A program made the translations under genes and the position numbers. A DNA stretch of 63,243 nucleotides, filler included, from Thraustochytrium aureum (taxonomy: Eukaryota), in assembly GCA_012862495.1 (NCBI GenBank). It is 4 parts of 3 records of this genome, joined end to end, with 100 filler letters (N's around TTAATTAATTAA, not from the genome) between each part and the next. Parts side by side here need not be neighbours in the genome. Positions count along the whole stretch, not along the records: positions 1 to 26,694 come from BLSG01000105.1; positions 26,795 to 48,132 come from BLSG01000107.1; 2 more parts are not named here. The stretch is one strand, 5' to 3'. Positions within the stretch are counted from its first letter, which is position 1, and each line of letters begins with the position of its first letter. Below are positions 23,501-32,980 of the stretch, one piece after another. The notes below the pieces were generated by a model. The model searched no databases, was not told the origin of the DNA, and saw only the letters and a list, made by a program, of their open reading frames with translations.

Positions 23501-26189
23501 GAGCAGGATCGATGTCCCCAAGCTCGACATCCGCGTGAGGAAACGCGCGCCTGCTGCAAGCCAGGCTACGTACACTTGAGTTGATCGTCGCAAGTTGACT
23601 CGTGTTGTAGGCGCCAGCAATTCCGGGGAGTTTGTACCCGATCTTTGTCTGTGCATTGAGGCTGTGTCGGAGGGCACATTCCAGAATGAGGGCCTCAGCC
23701 CGCTCTGCGCCAGTTTGGCTTGCTCGGTGAAAGACTGAGTTGAGCTGCTTAAAAAAGCCCTCGTTTTTGTTGGAACCACGAACGGTCACGACTTGGTCGT
23801 CAGGCGTCACGTAGAAGATCGGTTGAGGGCAATCGAGCGGGTCGGAGAGGCACCCTTTGGTGATATGAATGGCCATGGTCGACTGGAATTTGTATTGGTC
23901 AGTCAACTTGCCGTTGTGCACAAACTTTTCTCGGAAGTAGGTTTTCTCGGGCACAAAATTGAATGGCTCTGCCTCGGATTTGGTGAGCGCCCGCCCTTTC
24001 TCGACTTGCAGAGCAAATCGTGCGTTCTCGAAATTGGCCTTGTTCCGGCAGTTTCGGGCGTTGATTTCTGCGTCAATGTCCCGAAAGCGCTTCCACCATG
24101 CGACGTAAGACTGCATTAGAGTGACGGGGTCCGGTATGATACGCGGAAAGCGTTTGAGGCGCTTCATCGCCTTGAGCTCGTCCTGCTTGTCCCAATGCGC
24201 CTCGAGATAAGCCTCAGCTTTGCTGCTGTCGACGAAAACTGCGAGCACGAGGGCGGTTGCTGCCGTCTTGCGCTGCTCATCTCCTTTGTTGCCCGTGTAG
24301 AGTACTGAGTGGCGCTCGAGCCAGTGCCAGACATCAAGCTTTACCAAGCAACTCTCACCAAAGACCTTCTGAACAGTTTTCCGAACGCTGCAGCACTCGT
24401 CCGACCAGCAGACGTGGACGGCGGCCTTTGGGCCGTACATTGCAATTTGGGCGTCGTATGTGGCCTTGAGGCATCCCTCCTTGTCAGAATTCCTCTCGCG
24501 GCCGGCGCAGCTCCAGATGGCGACGACCTCTTTGCGACCAGACATGACGACAAAAAGCGACTCAAAAAGAGAGACGTACTTGTCGTCAACGAGGGCGCGA
24601 ACGTTGTTCGAGAGCTTCCACCAAGAGTCAAAGGAGATGAACTCGAGCAGCGGTTTGACGAGCTGTTGTTGGATGTGCGTTCGACGCTGCCGCCAAACGT
24701 GGAGAGCAACTTCACTGATGAAGTGCTCCGTGAAGACGAAGCCGTTGTACTTGTCCTTGTCGTCGTACACGCCAAAGCTCAACGGCGTCAGGTTGGTCAC
24801 CTGATCAACGTGCCGAGTTCTATTGGACTCGTCAACAGGCCTGGAAGGGCGCGGAGAGATGTGCTCTTGCAGAGTCGCTGCCGGTTCTGACCGATCTTCA
24901 GCCGACGAGATCTCGACCTCGGAACTTATCGGCGGAGTTGAAACGCCAGAAGACTGGCGCAGCTTCGCATGCTCAAGAGGCAGGTCTCCATTTGCTTTGA
25001 AGTTGACGCAGCGGCGCAACTCGTCGACGGAGGTGAGATGGGTTCGCTCCAGAACGAGTTCGAGGGCCGCGCTCGTCCACTTTCGAACCTGTTTGACCTT
25101 GCGCGCGTGTCTCGCCGAGGACGGTACACCTGTAAGGACCGAAAGGTCCTCAGTCGTGGCTGAATCAACATCGATTAGGGCGAGGTCACACGCCGACTGG
25201 ATCTGTTGGCCGCCACCCAGTACGACAAATCTGCTGCTTGGCCTTGCAAGCACTACTTTATGGACGGATCTGAGGCGTGCAACCTTTTGTTCTCCAAGAC
25301 CCGTCACGGCTCCAAGCGGAATCCGGCTGGCAACCTGTGCAATCGTAGCCGCTTGTTGCTCCCGGAGATCTCCTTGCGCGGCCTTTGTGTTTGGTTTCGG
25401 CGCTTCTTTCCTAAAATATTGGGGGATCGACTTGGCGGCAGGGGCGGGAAGGCTGATTTGGCTTTGCCAAGAAAGCAGTGCGCAGAACGATTGCTGCTTC
25501 CTCAGAAACTCGCGCTCGTACGAGGAGTTCAAAAACCTTGCTGCAGCCAGGGACCCCATGTCGATCCAGAGTGCGTAGATCTCTGCCTCCATTGCGCTCG
25601 TAAGGGCTGATCTTTGTCGATGCACAACGTCGAGACTGCGTCCGACGGCTGGGTGGAGAAGGCTCAAGACCTCGTCGTTGGTGTTGCGAAACGTCCGGCT
25701 GCACATCGGGCAAACGTACTCCCTGTATGCAAGAATGACCCAATCGCTGGCTGATAGCACGCCCCGGAAGAACCACCTGCGCGCATGGCCGAGTCCAACG
25801 ATTGCTCTGCACTTGTTTCCGTCTTTGCCGGGACACACGTACCCGGGCACGAAGCTCCTCTTGAAGCGCAGCAGAGGTTCGAAAACAATCACGTCTTTCA
25901 GGAAGAACGTCTCCAAGTTGATCGGCAGGCCTTCAACGGGCGGCGCAGGATGAAAGTATTTGAAATCTTTCGATGGTTTTCGGCAAGCAACTGCTCGGTC
26001 TGCCACAGCTTCCGCATAGGCCTGGAGCGACATTGACCAGTTTGAGCTTGACAGTGGTGTTCGCCCAAGTTGCTCGTTCACAGCGGCGGCGCAAGCATCG
26101 CTATTCGTGTTCGCTGTCGGCCGATCAGGACTGCGCTGAGCGGTGGGGCCCTGACTGCTGTCAGCGGGCGCACTTGGTGCCACTTCCAT
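20503..26189 (-). CDS. Dada-like DDE transposase polyprotein with HhH, OTU-like, Zn-finger and Ulp1/C48 domains (frameshifts near 23130, 21220, 21075; gap 21780-21895)
   Basis: CP...C and YVCPMC Zn motifs; FISFDSWWK (D1), WSDECC (D2), VKLDVWHWLER (DxxH), RGSNKNEGFFKQLN (E); VDGNGRC...WGS...DGSHY (OTU); YCSKCGEWR..H...HCP; HWTL, YMDSL, QVNGIDCG (Ulp1). Confidence 0.7.
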
Positions 26190-26568
26190 CGCCAAGCTCA
26201 GACCAGGTTCGCACAGCACCGCGTAGCAGAGTTGTGGGAAGCAGGAGCTCCGCCCGGGGCTGTCCTTTGCGCTTTGCGTTCTGATCCAGCTTTCGCGTTG
26301 CAGCGCCGAGGCGTCCAAGCGCGGTGCTGATGTCAGCATCGCTGAAGAGGGCCTTTATTTTTGAAAGCGTGTAAAACTATGGGATTCTGTGGCAGTGCCG
26401 AACTATCCTCGTAAATTCCTGGAAATCCCATCCAACGAATCTATACAATTAGCGGAGAGTAACCATCTCCCCCTAGAGTTCCTTCGGACGAAAACCTCCA
26501 CACAAAATATCCTATCCCCTCATCCCCTAGCCCGCAAATAATGCTCAACTTTTATCAAATTTGGCTCA

Positions 26569-26617
26569 AATTATTGCTACTGGGGCGGTTAAATTTGCTA
26601 CTGGGTTGGTTAAATTT
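26569..26617. repeat. Short imperfect direct repeats (aaatt..tgctactggg..ggtt) in the transposon leader
   Basis: aaattattgctactggggcggtt aaatttgctactgggttggtt aaattt. Confidence 0.65.
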
Positions 26618-26673
26618 CATTTTTCGGCGCACCTTGAGGTGACTCGGCCTGAAAAAAAAGAGGCTCCAAGCTG

Positions 26674-26694
26674 GTCGAGGTGACCGAGTGGTCG
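26674..26694 (+). tRNA. Possible 5' fragment of a tRNA-Leu/Ser gene, truncated at the contig end
   Basis: GTCGAGG-TG-ACCGAGTGGTCG fits a 7-nt acceptor strand, U8 and an A-box (TGRCCGAGTGG) typical of type II tRNAs. Only 21 nt are visible. Confidence 0.4.
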
Positions 26695-26738
26695 NNNNNN
26701 NNNNNNNNNNNNNNNNNNNNNNNNNNNNNNNNNNNNNN

Positions 26739-26750
26739 TTAATTAATTAA
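26739..26750. other. Artificial scaffold-join linker TTAATTAATTAA
   Basis: Six-frame stop linker flanked by equal N runs. Confidence 0.95.
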
Positions 26751-26794
26751 NNNNNNNNNNNNNNNNNNNNNNNNNNNNNNNNNNNNNNNNNNNN

Positions 26795-28675
26795 GGCGGA
26801 GATGTGTCGCCAGCAACGCGCACAAAACTGCCACGCTGAAAAGCTCTTCGCACGCCCAAGCACATCATCTCACGCTTGGCCTCACGGAAACCATGCTTGC
26901 CAGAAACGAGGACCCTACCATCGCCATAATCCATTATGCCGCCTGTCTTGCCCTTGCCCGAATCAAAGGAGTGCGTGGCTCCGAACCCATGTCCAAGCTC
27001 GTGCGCGAAAATCCGCCACGGCAATCCTGACGTGTAGCGTGCGCCGGCGTACGTGACGCCGACGTTGAATCCACCCATCGCTAGGGTGTCCAAATAGGCC
27101 ACGCCAAGGACGTTCGACTCGTCGATACAGCCTGTGAAGAGATGCCAGTGTGCAACAGTCCTCTGCCTGGAGGAGGAGAATAACTTCATTTCGTCCAACT
27201 GGTCGCGCATGTTCGTCGTGCAAGTGTCTGCTGCGTTGCTCCTGGCAGTGAGCGACGGCCAGCCCTGGGGCTTGCCCTCCGTTCCTTGCCCATCCCCGGT
27301 CAGCAGCTCCGAGACCACGATCGCGATGTTGAACTGCCGCTCGTAGATTGCAGAAGAGGTGACGATGGCGTGCTCGATAGCCGCCTTGGCGGCCGCCGGC
27401 GAGCCGTGCAACTCCAGGTAGGCATCATCAGAGACGATGCCGAGCAGGATCTCATGCCGGACGGCGTCGCCTGCGAAGCATCCTGGGTAGAACGCTTCGC
27501 CATCCGTGACACCGCTGCGAGGGGCTACTTGCCCAATGTTGAGCCGCCCGGCATCGCGCTCACTTGGGGGCACCTCCAGATCGCTGCAGCCTTGTGTTGG
27601 GCTTGGTCTTCCTCCAAATGCCGCTCGCTGGGGCCCGAGCTGCTGCGGAGGCCGCGGTTGGACTGGCTCGCTGGTTGGACCTCGACGAGCAGGCCGCCTT
27701 CAGTCTGCCACACGATGTGCGCCTCGCCGTCGCCGACCACGGTGGCAACTNNNNNNNNNNNNNNNNNNNNNNNNNNNNNNNNNNNNNNNNNNNNNNNNNN
27801 NNNNNNNNNNNNNNNNNNNNNNNNNNNNNNNNNNNNNNNNNNNNNNNNNNNNNNNNNNNNNNNNNNNNNNNNNNNNNNNNNNNNNNNNNNNNNNNNNNNN
27901 NNNNNNNNNNNNNNNNNNNNNNNNNNNNNNNNNNNNNNNNNNNNNNNNNNNNNNNNNNNNNNNNNNNNNNNNNNNNNNNNNNNNNNNNNNNNNNNNNNNN
28001 NNNNNNNNNNNNNNNNNNNNNNNNNNNNNNNNNNNNNNNNNNNNNNNNNNNNNNNNNNNNNNNNNNNNNNNNNNNNNNNNNNNNNNNNNNNNNNNNNNNN
28101 NNNNNNNNNNNNNNNNNNNNNNNNNNNNNNNNNNNNNNNNNNNNNNNNNNNNNNNNNNNNNNNNNNNNNNNNNNNNNNNNNNNNNNNNNNNNNNNNNNNN
28201 NNNNNNNNNNNNNNNNNNNNNNNNNNNNNNNNNNNNNNNNNNNNNNNNNNNNNNNNNNNNNNNNNNNNNNNNNNNNNNNNNNNNNNNNNNNNNNNNNNNN
28301 NNNNNNNNNNNNNNNNNNNNNNNNNNNNNNNNNNNNNNNNNNNNNNNNNNNNNNNNNNNNNNNNNNNNNNNNNNNNNNNNNNNNNNNNNNNNNNNNNNNN
28401 NNNNNNNNNNNNNNNNNNNNNNNNNNNNNNNNNNNNNNNNNNNNNNNNTTGTACAGTTTGGCACGCTGCAACCGTGGCCACCACCCCTGCTCGTCCTGGC
28501 CCTCGACGCGGACTCTCAGTTGCAGGAAGCCGCCGTCCTCCAGCAGCATGTCGACGAGGGCCGGTCTACTCGTCCCGCCGTCGACCGCAACGTGATTCCT
28601 AGACGCAAGCGCGCAAGACAGGGCTCCGACGCCGGCCGCCAGCGCCGCCAACGCCCTCGTGGCCCATCGCGGCAT
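26795..28675 (-). CDS. Secreted reprolysin-like (M12B metzincin) zinc metalloprotease; internal gap, frameshift near 27565, 3' truncated
   Basis: Signal peptide MPRWATRALAALAAGVGALSCALA; IFAHELGHGFGATH (HExxHxxGxxH); Met-turn GGIMDY; LGVAYL. Confidence 0.8.
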
Positions 28676-29006
28676 GCTACGTTCGCTCCAGTTTCGCTGC
28701 TGGCGCGCCGACCACGGGGTCCCAGCCTGTTCGAGCTTTGCCAGCAGCTGTTCTGCTGCCCTGCCAACATCGCTCGCTGGCAGCGGGCGAGTGCACAACA
28801 CTCGGAGCACCTACCGTGCAGAGTGTCATGAGAGTCTCGTCTCGTCGCGCATTTTGTCTGCCAGTGCGAGGCCTGCGGTCAAGAGTGCGCGTATGCAGCA
28901 CTCCTCGCAGGAGGCAGAGTTCATGCAGAGTTTTTGTCTCGGAGTTTCGTTTTGGATGGCCAAGTCGGACGCACGATGGATGGCACGCGCATGGACTGAA
29001 TTCAAG

Positions 29007-29124
29007 GGGCGTGGGCTTGCCTTCATGGGGGCGTGGGCTTGCCTTCATGGGTTGCTTGGGCTTGCCTTCATGGGTTGCTTGGGCTTGCCTTCACGGGTTG
29101 GCTGGCTTGCCTTCACGGTTTGGC
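29007..29124. repeat. ~22-23 bp minisatellite, 5 copies (ggcttgccttca(t/c)gg core)
   Basis: Direct tandem array. Confidence 0.9.
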
Positions 29125-30240
29125 TGACCTCCTCGTTGTCCGCCAACAGCGCCGCGTTGTCCGCCGACAGGTCCTTCCTTGTCATCGAGGAGGATCCTCC
29201 TTGCTTGGTTGTCGTCCGCCGAGGCCAAACAAATCTCAGACGAGGCCAGCTCGCTGTCGCATGGCTCGCTATCGAGAGCTGAGAAAATCTGTTGCTGTTG
29301 ATCGTTCGTTCACACCCCGTGGCGTCGCGAGGTCTATCATCAATCGACTCGAGTGACCTCGGCGTCGCTCGATCGTGCAGGGTCAAGTGCAGGGTCAATC
29401 CGTCTTGCGACGACCTCGAGGTACCCTGGAGTAGAGTGTGGCATGGCATCTGTGTCGCGGCGTTGACGCTCGACTCGGACTTGGCCTTGCATCATGATCA
29501 GTGAGAGTGTCGCTCCCGCTCATCATGTCAGCGTCACTCGCGTCCCTCGCACACCTGTTCGGGCACTTGACGATGAGGCGGCGCTCCTCGGACAAACTAT
29601 TTTGCCTGGACCGTGCTCACGATCAAGTACCTCAAGCCTCATGTGCCTCGCGGCACAACAGGCCTCCGGCGAAAGCAGAAGGCAGAATCCGGTTAGGTTA
29701 GGTTCGGCGCCCCGGCTCAGTTAGGGCGGCGGCGTGTTCCGGGAACGCGCGCTGCGGGTGCCCTTGCTGGCCTTGTTGATGGCGCGTAACGGCCCTTCGG
29801 AGGTCCAGGTCCGTTCCCCAAACGGGACAAGGTTCCCGTGAATTTCCCGAGAGGCGCGTCCCGGCGCAGGAACACGCGACGAACCGCCTTGCTTGAGGCT
29901 CCGGTCCATGCACGGCCTTAGCGGCTCGTAGCCAAGTCCTACGCCATGCGCATCTTGACCCTAAGCGTTCCCAGCCGCCTCTCACGGACAGCGCGCAGGC
30001 CGGTCCACTATTCCCGCGCGCCTATTCGCCGAGAGGGGCGTTCCCGCGCGAGGAACGGTGCGAGGAACAGGCCAGCCTCCTCATCCCTCGCCAAAGGCCG
30101 GGCGGTCTGTCACCTTGGCGCCTATGCGAAACGCCTGCAGAGCGCGGCTGCAGTGTTAAGGTGGCGTCAAGAGAGGCGCGGGCAAGCAAACCCCGAACGC
30201 TCGACGACAGCAACGACACGGCACACGAACGAGCAAGAAC

Positions 30241-31311
30241 TTGAATACAGCACTGCAAGGCGCGCGCAGGCACTTCCGGGCGCAGCTTGAGGCGGTGGGC
30301 GAGATGGACGCAGACTTTGCAGGATCGGTGGGCGAGCTGACCAACGCCGACTACCTGGCACTCGAGGNNNNNNNNNNNNNNNNNNNNNNNNNNNNNNNNN
30401 NNNNNNNNNNNNNNNNNNNNNNNNNNNNNNNNNNNNNNNNNNNNNNNNNNNNNNNNNNNNNNNNNNNNNNNNNNNNNNNNNNNNNNNNNNNNNNNNNNNN
30501 NNNNNNNNNNNNNNNNNNNNNNNNNNNNNNNNNNNNNNNNNNNNNNNNNNNNNNNNNNNNNNNNNNNNNNNNNNNNNNNNNNNNNNNNNNNNNNNNNNNN
30601 NNNNGTCGCCACATCATCGAGCTGCAGCGCATGTCCAGCGGTGGTCTCCAAACCTGGTCCGCCGTCGTGTCAGCGATCATGTCGCGCCTGCGCGGCATCT
30701 GCGAGCCAACAGCGTTTTTCGCCGGCGCCCGAGAGGTCGAGGAACCGGCTGGCAGCCTGCTCCATCGTGAGGACGACGCTGGCTCCGACATGGACGTCGA
30801 CCAGGAGGAGCTCGACGCCGAGTATTCGCGCATCGTCTCGATGCTCTGCGACAAGAAGACCTCTTTCGAGAACAAGCACCAACTCGCGCTGCTCCTCGCG
30901 CAGCTCGCCAGCGAGAAACAGGGCGCCGAGGCGCTCCTGCGAGCTGGCGCGCTCAGCTCGCTGGTCTCCATCCTGCAGGGGGAGCTCGTTGTTGGCAACG
31001 TCTCTGGCGACCTCAACTGCGCGCTCCTGGCGGTTTTGGCCAACCTCGCTGCCTACGTCTCCGAACCGGCAGACATGGCCGCCTATGTCGCCATGGAGGT
31101 CCTGCGCAACGGGTCGAGTGATGTGCTTCAAATCGGCCAGCTGCGCAACGCTGCAAAGGCGTTGGCGCTCCTCGTGCGCCACGTGCACGACAAGGCCGCC
31201 CTCCGCCCCAAAATCAAGGATGTCGTCCTCACACGGTGTGCGGCCTGCTCCGACCGGGAGCTTGCCTCGCACTCCAACCTCGTGTTGCGCAACCTTGCGC
31301 TCGCCGTTTGA
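30241..31311 (+). CDS. Hypothetical armadillo-like repeat protein, gap-interrupted, start uncertain
   Basis: LALLLAQLAS...ALLRAGALSSLVSIL...LLAVLANLA pattern of ARM repeats. Confidence 0.55.
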   Translation: MNTALQGARRHFRAQLEAVGEMDADFAGSVGELTNADYLALEXXXXXXXXXXXXXXXXXXXXXXXXXXXXXXXXXXXXXXXXXXXXXXXXXXXXXXXXXXXXXXXXXXXXXXXXXXXXXXXXRHIIELQRMSSGGLQTWSAVVSAIMSRLRGICEPTAFFAGAREVEEPAGSLLHREDDAGSDMDVDQEELDAEYSRIVSMLCDKKTSFENKHQLALLLAQLASEKQGAEALLRAGALSSLVSILQGELVVGNVSGDLNCALLAVLANLAAYVSEPADMAAYVAMEVLRNGSSDVLQIGQLRNAAKALALLVRHVHDKAALRPKIKDVVLTRCAACSDRELASHSNLVLRNLALAV

Positions 31312-31753
31312 GCGGCCGACGTCGCTGTCAGCTATTGATGAGGGCGCGACCCTCTCCCATGTGTTTTGGCTCTCGCGTGTAGCCGCGGTGCCCCTGACAT
31401 TCTGTAATTGTTTGTAAACTTGTGAAGCGTACCACCTCCTGCAGAATTCAGTGGCCTGCGCCGGCCGAGCTTGCGCACATGCGGATACAGAGAGTAATCC
31501 AACCAACCAACCAATCAACACCCATGCCAGGGAGCCGCACCGCTCGCATCCGCCCGCCCGTCCCCATCGGAAGGAGGTCCGGCTCGGTCGCCTCCTCGCT
31601 CCTTGCAGAGCTGGCGCATCAGGCTTGCTCGAGTTGCGCTTGGGCGGGAGCTTGCAACGCCGCGCGGAGCGCATGCACGGCCGACTCCGCGCGGCCCTCC
31701 GCTTTCGCAACAGACCAAGTGGCAAAGGGCGAGCAGGGGAACAAGAAAGAAAA

Positions 31754-32070
31754 TCACTTGGCTGCGCTTTCAAGGCGCACTTCCCGCGCGTGGTACATCT
31801 CGAGAATCGAGTCGTAAGAGTTGGCAACGGACGTTGGCGTGGCCATAAGCCGCGGCTGAAAACCATCAGAGCCGCCAAGCGACGTGGCCTCCTTGTGTTT
31901 ACAAACTTGGTCTCGTGCCGCCAGTACATGGTTGGCCGGTGGTAATCGGTCCATGTCGCCCGGTTCGCCTTCGCCCCCTCCAGAGCCACGCGCAGCACCC
32001 TCTTGTTCACCCCTTCGCGGGTCCCGGGGTCCTCCATGCAGCCCTCGATGAAGCTGCGAATCATCGCCAT
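31754..32070 (-). CDS. Small hypothetical protein; probable frameshift near 31895
   Basis: MAMIRSFIEGCMEDPGTREGVNKRVL...HETKFVN continues in another frame as KEATSLGGSDGF...LESAAK*, with host-like codon usage. Confidence 0.45.
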
Positions 32071-32980
32071 TCTCCCTTGCTTGCTGCCTGCTGCTCGCCC
32101 GGCGACCAGAGCGCGCGTTGCCCCGAAAGCGCAACCTACCACGAAAGCCACAGCCGCGCCCGACGATCTATTGCGTCCTGGCCGCGCACGCACGCACAAG
32201 CACGCACGCACAAGCACGCCCTGCACTGCTCTCCCCTGCTCTGCTCACGCTGCTCTGCTCGCGCCGCGCTGCGCTGCNNNNNNNNNNNNNNNNNNNNNNN
32301 NNNNNNNNNNNNNNNNNNNNNNNNNNNNNNNNNNNNNNNNNNNNNNNNNNNNNNNNNNNNNNNNNNNNNNNNNNNNNNNNNNNNNNNNNNNNNNNNNNNN
32401 NNNNNNNNNNNNNNNNNNNNNNNNNNNNNNNNNNNNNNNNNNNNNNNNNNNNNNNNNNNNNNNNNNNNNNNNNNNNNNNNNNNNNNNNNNNNNNNNNNNN
32501 NNNNNNNNNNNNNNNNNNNNNNNNNNNNNNNNNNNNNNNNNNNNNNNNNNNNNNNNNNNNNNNNNNNNNNNNNNNNNNNNNNNNNNNNNNNNNNNNNNNN
32601 NNNNNNNNNNNNNNNNNNNNNNNNNNNNNNNNNNNNNNNNNNNNNNNNNNNNNNNNNNNNNNNNNNNNNNNNNNNNNNNNNNNNNNNNNNNNNNNNNNNN
32701 NNNNNNNNNNNNNNNNNNNNNNNNNNNNNNNNNNNNNNNNNNNNNNNNNNNNNNNNNNNNNNNNNNNNNNNNNNNNNNNNNNNNNNNNNNNNNNNNNNNN
32801 NNNNNNNNNNNNNNNNNNNNNNNNNNNNNNNNNNNNNNNNNNNNNNNNNNNNNNNNNNNNNNNNNNNNNNNNNNNNNNNNNNNNNNNNNNNNNNNNNNNN
32901 NNNNNNNNNNNNNNNNNNNNNNNNNNNNNNNNNNNNNNNNNNNNNNNNNNNNNNNNNNNNNNNNNNNNNNNNNNNNNNNN

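Larger units (their letters stand above)
20503..26650 (-). mobile_element. Dada-like (MuDR/IS256/ISL3-class DxxH) DNA transposon
   Basis: Large transposase polyprotein with an AT-rich non-coding leader (26340-26650) containing short direct repeats. Termini are not defined. Confidence 0.6.

Noticed and set aside
26795..28675. Metalloprotease as cargo of the Dada-like element
   Set aside because: It is separated from the element by an artificial scaffold join.
29007..29124. CRISPR-like array (also 39560-39710 and 50849-50912)
   Set aside because: These are contiguous tandem repeats without unique spacers, in a eukaryotic context with no cas genes.
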